This document shows, piece by piece, positions 50,356 through 61,974 of a DNA stretch of 64,000 nucleotides. Both the position numbers and the translations under genes were made by a program. Below the pieces are notes generated by a model, which was not told the origin of the DNA, did no database searches, and saw only the letters and a program-made list of their open reading frames with translations. This stretch comes from Sphaerodactylus townsendi (lineage: Eukaryota). The stretch lies in contig NC_059430.1 of assembly GCF_021028975.2 (NCBI RefSeq), forward strand, positions 95,790,001-95,854,000, written 5' to 3'. Numbering within the stretch: position 1 is the stretch's first letter; every line of letters begins with the position of its first letter.

Positions 50356-51400
50356 GTAAGCATTCTGTCTGTGTCTGGGGTCACTGATGCAACCACTGAA
50401 AACACAGAACAAGTGCTTATGTGCAATTTTGGTGTGACCTTTCTGAGCAGAGGAATGTGTAGATCCAAGCCCAGGTGCAGCGTCAACATTTTGAGTGCCT
50501 TTATAGAGGGTTTCTACGGGCAGTGCTCCCACCCTGTCATTTTGCTAACATTTGATATGTCTGTGGGATTGTTCTGGATTGGAGAGTATGAATGTCTGGG
50601 GCAATTGCCGACACATAAGGCACAATCATACTAAAAGTGAACAAGGTGTGTATCAGTGCTCCATGTCCATTACCATTCCTTAGCAGTTGTTCTGGTGGGA
50701 AAAGCCATGATTGGTTGGTCTGTTTTTGTAGTGAGTTCTGTTAGACTTGAAAACAAGTGCATACAACTTTAGTATAACCCTCTCCCCCTGCCAAAGCTCT
50801 AGGTTTGGGTAAGGCAGGAGGTCATGTGGTTTGTTCCCTTCCTTGGAACAGAAGCTTTCCTGATTGGCTTGTGGTGATTCTTGTGCATTGTAGATGGTCA
50901 TGCTCTTGCATACCACCTCATTGTCATTTGAACACATCTGCCTAATGATTAGAGTTGAGAAAGTGCTTCCTGTGTTGGGCTATTTTCTCTTGATGTTGGC
51001 ATGTGAGAACAATTATGGTAGTATGGTTGTAGAGTGGGATCTGATAGACCCAGATTCCCCACCTCTTCCATGGAAGCTCACTGGGTGACTCTGTCCCAGT
51101 TGTTCTGTCTTGTCTACCCATCAGGGTGGTTGTTAGGATAAAGTGGAGGAAGGGAACAATGCAAGCACTTTTGGGTCTTTGGGGAGAAAAGCAGTTGTAA
51201 ATAGATAGAACATTTTGATAGCTGGCTGTTGTTGTTTGGAAATCCTTCCTCCGCTCGGCTTTCCAAATCAAGAAGGTGAGAATAGTAAGCAAAGTAGTTG
51301 TTGCCTTCTCCAGTGCTGAGCCCTGCCAAAATGAACAACTTTTGGCATGGTAGAGCTTCTTGACTGATTGGAATGTGTAGGAGAGCACACTTGCCTGGAG

Positions 51401-51586
51401 CAGTGGTTCTCAACCTTCCTAATGCCGCAACCCTTTAATACAGTTCCTCACGTTGTGGTGACCCCCAACCCTAACATTTATCCATTTTACAGATGGAGAA
51501 CACTGATGCAGAGAGTCTTAGGTGACCCCTGTGAAAGGATCATTCGACCCCCAAAGGGGTTGTGACCCACAGGTTGAGAACCACTG
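51401..51586. mobile_element. SPIN (Space Invader / URR1-like) hAT MITE
   Basis: Perfect 16-bp TIR CAGTGGTTCTCAACCT; perfect 8-bp TSD GCCTGGAG (51393-51400 / 51587-51594); subterminal TCCTAATGCCGCAACCCTTTAATACAGTTCCTCA and CGACCCCCAAAGGGGT as recalled for SPIN/URR1. Confidence 0.85.
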
Positions 51587-51797
51587 GCCTGGAGGATGGC
51601 ACCCCAACTTTGAGAAAGTTGCTTGCAGCAGATGTTAGTTATTCAGAGGCAGTGCACACTACTGAATTGTGGGCAAAATCTGCCAACCTAGAGAGCAATG
51701 CTAAAGTGGGGGATAGACTCGGAGTGGGGCTTTCCAGAGCTCTGATGCTTTCAAGGCAGCAGCCCTTAAGGAAGTCTTTATCTTGTTTCCTCTGCAG

Positions 51798-51899
51798 CCT
51801 CACCGCCACGAAGTGACCATCTGCAACTACGAAGCAGCAGCAAACCCATCTGACCACAAAATTGATCAGATCACACCGCAAACACACTTCATTTCTTAA
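51798..51899 (+). CDS. PITHD1: PITHD1 exon 6 (terminal)
   Basis: CTGCAG| PHRHEVTICNYEAAANPSDHKIDQITPQTHFIS-TAA. Confidence 0.96.
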   Translation, partial: PHRHEVTICNYEAAANPSDHKIDQITPQTHFIS

Positions 51900-52516
51900 C
51901 TTCGGAGGCTCGTACTGCCCGACCGTTGTGTGAACTTGGAACACTTGAGGAGAGAAGGACTGTCATGGCTTTTATCCTTTCCATGTGCAAGGATTTTGTT
52001 TTGTTTCGGAAAAGCAGGGTGCCAAACATTTGCCGATCATGTGAAAAACAATTCCCACTTCTACCAAAAAGACAGTTGCAGCTTAGAAGCTTGAAAGCTT
52101 CTTGCTGGTCTGCACAGCAGTTGTCTCGACTAGAGAATATCTTTTTGTAGAGCTGACTGTTTTCTCAACAATCGAATTGGCTTCTTAACTGATAGCCAGC
52201 ATATATAAAATGTGAGGCTTTTTGGCAACAAAGTTGGAATCATTTGCACAATCTGAGTTTGGTTCTGGCTTTAGAATGTAACTTATGAGAGAGGTGGGAT
52301 GAGTGACTTCCTAGGTACAATCCTAGTTAACTTCCAGGTGTGTTAATGTGACTTAAACAGGCCCATTATGCCTCTTTGTAGGTGTTTATTCAGTGGCCTA
52401 CTTGTTGATGCGTGATAGCTTCAGGTGTTTTCCTAAAATCTAGGGAGCTGAAGAGTTAGGAGTCTGTTCTAGGAGTCCCTTTCCAACCAAAATGGTTTGA
52501 CTGGTTCCCTCCTTCC

Positions 52517-52522
52517 AATAAA
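52517..52522 (+). terminator. PITHD1: Candidate PITHD1 polyadenylation signal
   Basis: First AATAAA noticed after the stop codon, followed by U/GU-rich sequence. Confidence 0.4.
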
Positions 52523-54127
52523 TATGGTGAAGTGCTTATCTTTGTGTCTCTTGATTTCATCATTTTTACACCTCTAAGGAAGTCATCAGCACAAAAGTAA
52601 ACAGAGAACAAGCGAAACAGGACATGATCTTCGATAAGGAAGCAACAAAAGGTGTGAGATACAGTCGATAAGGAGAGAAGCCTTGGTTTGTTGGTGCTGG
52701 AAATTCTTTCTGGTCCCAAAGTTGGGATTTGTGACCTCGGATGCAGGGTGGAAAGCATCAGGACCCCTTCCCTGAAGTCTGTCTGTGCCATCAGCTATTT
52801 AAGGGTCAACTGCTTGTGGACAGTGACGTTTCATCAATCCTCTTTGATCATTGCTCCTTGTTTGCTTAATTATGTCCGAATCAGTTTACAGAAATGCAGA
52901 ACCTCAGTAGCTCTACAATTTATTCTGCACATAGTGGTCTCCAAGTGCTGTTGAGACAGTCATCTACCGCAGGGCATGTTCCTTTTTCACTAGACACTTT
53001 GGGGCTCTTGAAAAATATTAATCTATGATAAACCTACAGCCAGAGGAAGTGAGCACTGTGACAGAGGCTCAGCTCTGCAGTACCCACAAAGCAACAGACA
53101 CAGAGCAACAGTATAGGAGCCAACCCAATTTATTCAGCAGCTAATCAATAGACAGAATACACAAACTCAAAAGCTGCAGATAAAATCAAACAGCTGCAAT
53201 TAGGTCAAATTACTAATTGAATTGATTATCTTTGGCCAATGCTGCAAAGATAGCACAGAACATTCTAAACCTACCTTGTTTGGGAGGGAGTTCCATAATT
53301 AGGGTGCCTCTGCCAAAAAGGCCATTCCTCCTGTCGCCACCTAACTCCAGAAAATCACCTTAACCAGTATGTTGGTTCATAGAAGTGAACATGGTCTCTC
53401 AGATGCACTAATCCCAAACCATTTAGAGCTTTAATGGTAATAAATTATAAATTTATAATGCATATATGGATCAAATATAAATAATTTATAATGTAATGTA
53501 TATTAAAAATTAAAGTTAATAAACTTTGAATGATGCCCAGAAGTAGGGAACCAAAGTTCATGGAGTATGTCATGTTTGTTACAGTGGCTTCCTGTTAATA
53601 ATTTAGTGAATACATACTGAAGTGATTGAAGGTTTCAAAGACTGCCCTCCATGTAATGCATTACAACTCTCAGATTTTCATGGGGGAGACCAGGAATTCC
53701 CAGAAGAGAACACATCTGTTAATACCAATCAGCTATAGTGGTAAATTGCTACAATCTTTCAGCTGGATTCCACTAACAGTAATACTTTACCTTGGCACAA
53801 GGAACTTTCTTGGCTGCAGGCAAGTGTTTCATTTTGGTCATAGAGGCAGATCAGTTAATAAAGTTGCCAACTCTGGATGGGGAAATTCCTGGATATTTGG
53901 GGTAGTGCTAGCAGAGGTCAGAGCTCGGGGAAGAAGCTCAGCAATGATGTGAAGCCATAGAGTTCTGAAGCTGCCATTTTCTCCAGGGGCATTAATCTTT
54001 GGAGGTGAGTTTCAAGTTGGTAGCTGTGTTGGCATCTTAAAAAACCATCAAGATTTCCACTGCTCCCTTTGTCAGATGCTGCACCATCTGGTATCTGACA
54101 AAGGGAGCGTTGACTCTCAAAAGCCTA

Positions 54128-54297
54128 CCGTATATACCGGCGTATAAGACGACTGGGCGTATAAGACGACCCCCCCACTTTTCCAGTTAAAATATAGAGT
54201 ACCGCCCGCTCAGTACCACCTGCTCAGCACCTGGCGTATAAGACGACCACAGACTTTACAGATGATTTCCCAGGGTTCAAAAGTAGTCTTATACGCG
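54128..54297. mobile_element. Tc1/mariner (pogo/Tigger-like) MITE, right end truncated, inserted in a PLE remnant
   Basis: TA|CCGTATATACCGGCGTATAAGACGAC start; three GGCGTATAAGACGAC direct repeats; inverted GTCTTATACGC at the right end. Confidence 0.65.
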
Positions 54298-54330
54298 TAT
54301 CTGAAAATCTTGCTTGTCTTTAAGGTACTG

Positions 54331-54667
54331 GGCAGCCCAATCCTGGGTGCGCGGTGGCCAGGGATGGTGCTGCTTATGTGCTATCATGCCACCTCCAAAG
54401 GGATTTTAGGTGATGCAAGAAAGCCAAGAAACAAACAAAAACCCATGTCTTCCTGAAAACCCAAAGTGCAAAATGACTTACACCACACTTTCTGGTGCAG
54501 TATGTCTGCAGCTAGGGAGTTGGAGTTCCGGGGCTGAAAGCCTGGTGGAAGCTGACTAAATAAAGACTCCGTATGCACCCTTCAACAACAGGATGGGCAC
54601 CCACACTGGGAAAGCCCCTACCACTTCCAGGACTTCATCCCCCCCACCCCATTCTGGATTGGGCTGT
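54331..54667. mobile_element. MITE with CAGCCCAATCC TIRs (Harbinger-like)
   Basis: CAGCCCAATCC ... GGATTGGGCTG inverted ends. Confidence 0.5.
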
Positions 54668-55289
54668 TAAGATGCTAGAAACTTGATCTTCTGACAGTGG
54701 GTTGTATTTCTGGGCGATTTCTAGATCCACCTGGCTGTTAGCTATCTACATGGTGTGCCAAAATTATCCAGAATTTCAACATTTTGTACATTGATTCCTA
54801 TGGAAAAGTTTGCCTCGGTTTTCATCGGTTTCGGTTTTCATCGATTCTTTTCGGACGGATTACCAACGAAAACTGAGGTTCCACTGTATGGGAATTACTG
54901 TTTATCCAAGGCATCAAGTGGTATAACTTTTTAACACAAGCCATGATAATATTTAAGTTTTTTATATATATTTATATATATAGAACTGTTTCTTGCTTTT
55001 TAAAAAGAGGCATGAAAATTTTTAAAGAAGAATTTTTTGAAGCATGAAAGTATTAAAGAGCTACACTACTGGTGTTTTTTTACGTAGGCTTTTGTTTTTT
55101 ACTTAATTCGTTTTTATTGCTATTTCCTATCAGCCTTCGCATTTTAAGTATTCTCAGGTTTACCTGAGGTTATTTCCAATAAATAACTACATCTTGCAAA
55201 AAGCACGAAAAGATTAAAGGGAAACTTTTTTTTAAAAAAAGAATGTAATAGTTAAACGCATCTCGTTTTTGTTTTTTAATAGTGCCAGC

Positions 55290-55520
55290 CTGGAGACAAC
55301 CAAGATGGCCGCCCCCATCAGCACCCCTCTCTTCCAGATTCCGTACAAGCCGGCTTGGGACAGCGGACACGGCTCACTTCCGGAAGACGCGTCCTCGCCC
55401 ACCTTGCGCGTGCTCGTGGCGGTAACGGAACATCCGGGGCGGTCTGGGAGAGCTCGAGCCCGAGTCTTCAGTCAGAAGCCGGGTGAAAAGGAGACGGGAA
55501 GGAAGGAAGGGGTGAGAGAA
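55290..55520 (+). promoter_or_regulatory. CpG-island promoter and probable non-coding first exon of the next gene (LYPLA2 by synteny)
   Basis: YY1 site CAAGATGGCCGCC 55301-55313; palindromic ETS site CTTCCGGAAG 55377-55386; GC box; candidate donors CGG|GTGAAA (55482/3) and GGG|GTGAGA (55511/2). Gene identity is inferred only from the human gene order ELOA-PITHD1-LYPLA2. Confidence 0.6.
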
Positions 55521-56785
55521 TGAAAGAGCTCAGTGGGGCCTGGAGGGCAAAAGGATTTGGGTAGGGGGCTGTAATAAATGGGGGGACCCCCCTCTGCGTG
55601 GGCTTAAGTGAGCGGTTGGCTGGTGTGGGGGGAGGGGATAGTGGGAGGCGCCAAGGCATGTGCGGCAAAAGCGAGGGGGAGGGGGAGGGGCCGGGACCAT
55701 GAAAGCCTGTAGTGGGAGAGGAGGGTGTGGCACCTGTTGGGAGTGGGCTGAGATAAGGGAGGGGGGGGGGTCCTTATTTTTCCGGGGACGGGATGATGGA
55801 TGGAAAGCCATAAAAATCAAAGAGATTAATCATGGGGCTGAGGAAATAGGATGAGTGTTCCTGAACCAGGTGCGAAGGAGGATGGAAGGAGTTGGTGCTT
55901 TTAAGAATGGCAGGGGAGTTTTGGCAGGGACCGCAACTCTCCAGGACCCGAAATTCTTTTCCTGGTCCAAGCAGATAAATGCGCAGGAGATCCCTGTCGT
56001 CCTTTTCATCTTTCTCCTCCGTTTTGCACTAGCACCTTTCACCAGCTCAACCTTTCGGGAACAGAGGTGGAGGGGGGAAGACGCTGATAGGTGATGATGG
56101 CTCACTGTGGTGTAAGCAGAAAAGCTGCTCCTTCAGCATGAAGAGTGGAAGTTGCCTCATTCTGAATCAGACTGTTGGGGCATCATCTGGTGTCTTGGAT
56201 GCTGATAACATTTCTTGCCTTACTCCTTTCAAGCAGAAGTGTGCAGCATCTTAAGCACTGGAAAGTATGTTGAATTGCTGTCCGTTATGCATTCAGATTT
56301 ATCTCTATATCTCAAAGGAATGGAAAGAGGGATATGGGGACTGAGATTCTCAAGATTCAAAGGTGTGTGCTCATAACCTTGATGGATGTAAACTGTCCTC
56401 CAGTTGGAATGTTCTAATCCATACTTATGATTTTATCTTACAGTCTGATTTACTTAGAAAATAAGCCCCAATGAGCTCTGAAATTTTAAACGTCTAGGAT
56501 TACTGGTTTAGATGATTATGTGCTGCAAAAATCTTAACTCCTCTATAGGACTGAACTTGTGCATGAGTCAGTCAGACAGGCCAGAAGTTTCAGATCTGGT
56601 TATATTAGGGTGATGATGATCAATGGTTTGGATCATTAGTTGTCAGATGGCATAGAGCTGTTAATTAGGTTATATTGGCTATATTAGGTTATATAGCTAC
56701 TTAGTTGGATGAAGGGCTTTCCAGTCCAACAGTCTCTTTAAAGTGGTGGTTAGCATAATGTTCCTGAAAGCAACTGCCCCTTTGT

Positions 56786-56922
56786 ATTGTCGAAGACTTT
56801 CACGCCTGGATTCAACTGGTTCTGGAGGATTTTCCGGGCTGTGTGGCCGTGGTCTGGTGGATTTTGTTCCTAACATTTCGCCTGCATCTTTGGCTGGCAT
56901 CTTCAGAGGTGTATCACAGAGA
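56786..56922 (-). mobile_element. Penelope-like element 3' end with a hammerhead motif
   Basis: Closely similar to 60749-60885; minus strand 56909-56869 reads CCT CTGAAGA T GCCAGCCAAAGATGCAGGC GAAA TGTT AGG. Confidence 0.75.
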
Positions 56923-57760
56923 AAAGACTTTTCTCCATGGTTTTGTTTGGATTCTGCTTAGGAAAACTATCAACACTTTTGAGGATGGTGAATTCCATAA
57001 ACTGACTGAATTTTGATCCACTGAGGGGAACAGACAAAAGGCTGGAGTATAGGGGTGATAACCCGTTTTCAGCCCCAGTCTCCCTCCTGTCCTCAGCATG
57101 TAAATGCTCTGTAGCAATTTGAAGAAATGAATTATAAATATCTTCGATTAGGTTGGGTTGTGTGCCCTACAAGGCTTGAAGCATTTATTTATTTTAAGAA
57201 GAACAAGAAAGGTGAAATTGCAACAGGGCATCTGGGGTTGTTTGACAAAGCTTTGAATAAAGAATTGAGACCAGAGAAAGATAAATCCATTTGGTTTCAA
57301 TCCAGATCAACCATTTGCCTCTTTGGTTCCAAACTAACCTCTTCTGGGCTTTCTGTACAGGTGGTGGTAGAGATCTGCTTGCTTGTACTATATATTCACA
57401 AGCTCCTTGAATGTTGGGGCTGTCTTTGTGTCTGCAAACCATTCATTGAATGCTGTCATTGCTGAACAGGCATTATTATTAATATTGCATGGCTTCCTTT
57501 TGTTAACAGAGAATCAGTAGAGTATACAATTTAAATCCCATTTGAATGGCTCCCTTTCCTTTCACTCAGATATGGGCAATGGATAATTATTAAGTACCCA
57601 TGGTGACTAAAGGGGGACCTCCACATCCTGAGGCAGTTAATCTCTGAATACCACTGCAAGGAGGCCACATCAGTGGAAAGCCTTTGCCTCAGTGAATTGG
57701 TTGGACATTGTGTGAAGCTGGTAGATTAGACAGACTACTGGTCTGATTCAACAAGGCTTT

Positions 57761-57963
57761 ACTGCTTGTTGTGGGCTTTCTGGGCTGTGTGGCAATGGTC
57801 GGGTAGATCTTGTTCCTAACGTTTCCCTGCATCGGTGGCTGGCATCTTCTGAAGATGCCGGCCACAGATGCAGGCAAAAAGTTAGGACAAGATCTACCAG
57901 AACATGGCCACATCCTGGAAAGCCCACAACAAGCAGTTGTCCAGCCATGAAAGCCAACAGTAC
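57761..57963. mobile_element. Penelope-like element remnant, fold-back pair fused at 57850
   Basis: Arms 57761-57849 / 57851-57937; same family as 60749-61123. Confidence 0.75.
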
Positions 57964-58079
57964 AAGAAAACGTTACTTATTCTTTCAAATCTATCCTTTG
58001 CGTATCCTTCTCTGTTCTTGTTCCCAATTTGTACTGGGCCCAATTCTAGGTATTATGTTGACCTTTCAAGTCCTGGGTG

Positions 58080-58470
58080 GCTTGAGGCCAGCATGCCTAA
58101 GGACTGCCTTTTTCCTTATGCACCTACTTGTCCACTCCAGTCATCTTTGGAAGCCCTATTTCACGTTCCTGTGCCATCTGAGCCTAGATAGGTGGTAACC
58201 TGAGAGAGGTCCTTCTTGGTCATGGGGCCAAATTTTGGAATTCCCTCCCTAGGGCTGTGGTGGCGAACCTTTGGCACTCCAAATGTTATGGACTACAATT
58301 CCCATCAGCCCCTGCCAGCATGGCCAATTGGCCATGCTGGAAGGGGCTGATGGGAATTGTAGTCCATAACATCTGGAGTGCCAAAGGTTCACCACCACGG
58401 CCCTAGGGAGATTCATTTCTCTCTCTCTATCATTGTCTTCTGCCAGCAGGTGAAGACTATTTTTGTCCTA
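58080..58470 (+). mobile_element. L2 LINE 3' fragment interrupted by a MITE
   Basis: Degenerate L2 C-terminal coding (LKDCLFPYAPTCPLQSS...PNFWNSLPREI-like), with an L2-like tail further downstream. Confidence 0.55.
58255..58400. mobile_element. Palindromic hAT MITE (ACTACAATTCCC family)
   Basis: 146-bp near-perfect palindrome; perfect 8-bp TSD CCCTAGGG (58247-58254 / 58401-58408). Confidence 0.9.
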
Positions 58471-60748
58471 TTCGGCATACCCCCAATAACTTTTATTGAC
58501 CTCCTTCCTGGTTTTTTGGTGTTTTATGTGCTTCTATGTTTTTTATTGAATTACTGTATACCTATGTTAAAACATTCAATATTAATAACATTTAAAATGA
58601 TGTTAGACTTTTGCCTTTAGAGAGCCTGGTTGGGTGGAGAGGTGGCATAAGAATGTTTTAAATAAAGAAAATAAAGGAGTGCTGACCTAAAATTGCCTTG
58701 TGGGGGGTGAGATCAAGGTCTCTTCAATCTAACCCCACATGGCAACTGTAACTAGGTGACTGATTCTAGAAGCCCTCAAGCAGGACATCCCTTATCTCTT
58801 GCTTGTTCCCAGCATCAGATATGCAGAACCTTCTGAACATAGATATTCCAATGAGCTCTCCAGGGTGATAGAGCTGTCCTCCAAAGCTTTAAAGCCATCT
58901 GAGCTAGTTACCATGAGTACATTGCATGGCCATGAATTCTGTACAGTATAATGTTCTGATCTGAACCTATTGCCAATCAGCTTCCATTAAGTGACCTAAA
59001 CTTCTGTTATGAAAGGAACAAAAATTTCTGTTTATCCTCCCCACCCAGATTCATAATTTCATTACTCCAGGTTATGCTCTCAAGCAGGCCTGTGAGATGG
59101 TCTGAAAGGGTACCCGGTCCAAGTTGATGGATAAGCCACAATATCTTTAGCCTGCCTAATTGGCACAGCCTTTTCTAGCTCCATGAGATTTTTGAGAGGG
59201 AGTAACCTGAAGTATGAGTGCAATGTAGAGTTGTTGCTGCACCACAAATTTGTGTAATTGCATAATACCTTGCTGTTTTATTTTCAGTCTCTATTCTGTG
59301 TATGCTGTTATTCCTGAATAATGTGATATCTTCTGCAAGCCACCTCCCTTGTTTTTCATTCTGTCTCCAGATAATATATGAATAGGTTAAAATTAACACC
59401 TTTTTTTTGTAGAGAATAATTTACTTCCCTCCACTGAGAAAAGTGTCAGTACAATTCTGTCTCCTTTTTGCCACTTAAGCTATGCATGAGGGGATCAGTC
59501 CTCATCTCATGACCGCTTTGTTCTGTTAGCAGTTTTTAAATTTTGTCATGTGTTTGTAGGAAGTCCAAGTATATAACATCTAGCAGATCACCCTGTTGAT
59601 GTATTTCACACTGATAATGAATTCCTTTGAGACAAAACCAATCTTTGAAGAAACAATGCTGATTTTTCTTCCTCTTGTCTATTTAACAGTTTGAACCTTT
59701 ATAAAGAGGTCTGTACTGGAGTCCTTCTAAAGAATTAATTTGATGCCCACTCGCTTTTTTTTACAGATAAATATGTATAGGTGCAAAACAATGTTTACTT
59801 TTCCCCTTCTTTCTCTGTATTTTGCTGCCACCAAGAATTTAATTCCAGACCCCTTTCTACTTTCTTCTGAAGCAGTGTGTCTAAGATTTGAAGCATTTTC
59901 AAAGGGCTGCGTGGTCCTGAGGAAATTACTAGTGGGGGGTTCAAGGTTACATTTAACAAAATAATTTTTTATTTATACGTGTTCTTTAGCTTATAATGTT
60001 TCAAAAAATAAATTACAATAAATAAAACAACAACTTTTGCTGAGGTGAGTTTTCCTTTACATCAGTTCACTCCTTTACATCTCTGAGACCCTGTTAGGAT
60101 TTGACTCCTTTTCTAGTCTCTCACTCTCAGTACAGCACAGACCGACTCTCTCTTCCAGTCTTCTGCAGAGAATACTGTCTCTCTGTTCAGCACATACTAT
60201 TTTCTCTCTCTGTCAAGTTCTGTGCATGCTCTGATTCAGTTTAGCTCAGACTGACTCCCTGTTGGTCTCCAGCATAGACTTCTGTCTCTCTCCTTAGTTA
60301 TACATGCTCTCTCTCCAACTCTTAGTTCAGCACAGACTACTCAGTCACTCTCCAGTGTTAACCCAGTCACCTCACTTTTTCATCCCCCTTTCACCCCTGT
60401 TCTTTTTACAACTTGCCTCTCAATTTAAAGAAACACACATGTAACAATTTAAAATGTTACAGCTGGTGTTGTACTGGCTGCCTTCCAATCTTCTAATAGG
60501 GAAGCTAATTTTGATGGGGCTGTAAGATTTTTTGTTGTGCTGAGTGGGTGTAAATTCAAGCCAGAGGATAATTTCTTTTGAAAGCTACATAGCTCATTCA
60601 GATATTGGTTTATTGTGAAACTCAGTAATATGTTGTGCCCCCCCCCCCCCCTTTAAGCCTTGACGTTTCCTATTTTGTGTCTTCCTCTTGAACTTCTACT
60701 TTGGACTTTCCAAATACATATTTCCTTTTCTTAATTTCTGGAGTGTGT

Positions 60749-61123
60749 ATTGTCAAAGGCTTTCACGGCCGGACTCAACTGGTTGTTGTAGGCTTTCCGG
60801 GATATGTGGCCGTGGTCTAGTGGATCTTGTTCCTAACGTTTCGCCTGCATCTGTGGCTGGCATTTTCAGAGGTGTATCACAGAGACATAGTGTGTAACAC
60901 TTACTGATTGGTTCCCCACCCTGGGACATGGACAGTATATACCCCACTAAACATTCCCTTCTCACTGGACACAGCGTGTAACAGACTTCCTTCTGTGATT
61001 CACAGAGGTGTACACCCTTCTGTGATACACCTCTGAAGATGCCAGCTGCAGATGCAGGCGAAACGTTAGGAACAAGATCTACCAGACCATGGCCACACAG
61101 CCTGGAAAGCCCACAACAACCAG
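60749..61123. mobile_element. Penelope-like element insertion with inverted terminal repeats
   Basis: 105-bp inverted arms 60779-60883 / 61019-61123; 12-bp TSD TCTGGAGTGTGT (60737-60748 / 61124-61135); each arm has a hammerhead-type motif. Confidence 0.85.
61030..61070 (+). ncRNA. Minimal type I hammerhead ribozyme motif (PLE-associated)
   Basis: CCU-CUGAAGA-U-[GCC A GC loop GC A GGC]-GAA-ACGU-U-AGG: stem I CCU/AGG, intact core, palindromic stem III. Confidence 0.7.
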
Positions 61124-61651
61124 TCTGGAGTGTGTGTTTTTGATTTTGAACATGTGACCTGAGAAATTCCTGTGTGAACCTAGGTGGTGTAATAGTATGT
61201 TGGACTGGGATTGGGGAGATGTGGGTTCAAATTGCCACTCATGCAGGAAGCTCACTGTGTGATTTTGGGATAGTCATTCTCTCTGAGTGTAATCTACCTC
61301 ACAGTCTGGTTGTGAGGATAAACTAGAGGAGGGAGAAATTACTTGTGTCACCATGAGCTTCCTGGAAGAACATCAGGATAAAAATGTGCAGTATGAAAAA
61401 GATTACAGATTAATTGGGTGACAGTATTAAATGTTTAGGTAGTTGAGTTGGAGAGAGGAAGAAAGTATACCAGTCTTCCAAGAGCTGGTATCTATATTTT
61501 TTAGGCATATGAGTGACTGCGGCCTGGAAGTCCTCCTGTCCTGCTGAAGGCTCTTTGGCCCTCCCATAAAAAATGAATATGCATGCGTGGGGGGGTGGGG
61601 GGGATGTTTGGTGATATCTTTCTCACTGGAAAAATCAGGCTAGCAAGTCTA

Positions 61652-61974
61652 CCGTGTTTCCTCGAAAATAAGCCCTACCCCGAAAATAAGCCCTATCATG
61701 ATTTTTCAGGATTTTTGGAGGAGGCGTAAAATATATGCCCTACTCCAAAAATAAGCCCTACCGGTAGTTACAGATCAGGATGGCGGGATCCAGCAGGGTG
61801 CTCCCTGCCAATGAGGATGCAGCTTGCATCACACGTGACAGGGAAGCAACGGGGCTGCCGAGAGCCCGCCTTAATAAATTGTGAAGGTACCGTATTTCCC
61901 CGAAAATAAGTCCTAACGCATCTTTTGGTGCAAAAATTAATATAAGACCCTGTCTTATTTTCGGGGAAACACTG
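61652..61974. mobile_element. Tc1/mariner (pogo/Tigger-like) MITE
   Basis: TA|CCGTGTTTCCTCGAAAATAAG ... CTTATTTTCGGGGAAACACTG|TA; TA target duplication. Confidence 0.8.

Larger units (their letters stand above)
40538..51899 (+). other. PITHD1: PITHD1 gene span, 6 coding exons, 636-nt CDS, 211 aa
   Basis: Spliced product MSHGHSHGGG...ITPQTHFIS matches the vertebrate PITH-domain protein 1; all intron phases are consistent. Confidence 0.97.

Noticed and set aside
54128-54250. Spaced direct repeats GGCGTATAAGACGAC resembling a CRISPR array
   Set aside because: Irregular spacing, only three copies, vertebrate context; these are subterminal repeats of a MITE.
55269-55523. ORF containing MAAPISTPLFQ... 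at the third promoter as a first coding exon
   Set aside because: The ATG is part of the YY1 motif, and the peptide does not match the LYPLA2 N-terminus (MCGN...) or any protein I recognise.
59990-60461. Pyrimidine-rich block with degenerate CAGCACAGACT repeats ending in TGTTACA (possible LTR)
   Set aside because: Could not define the other terminus or a TSD by eye.
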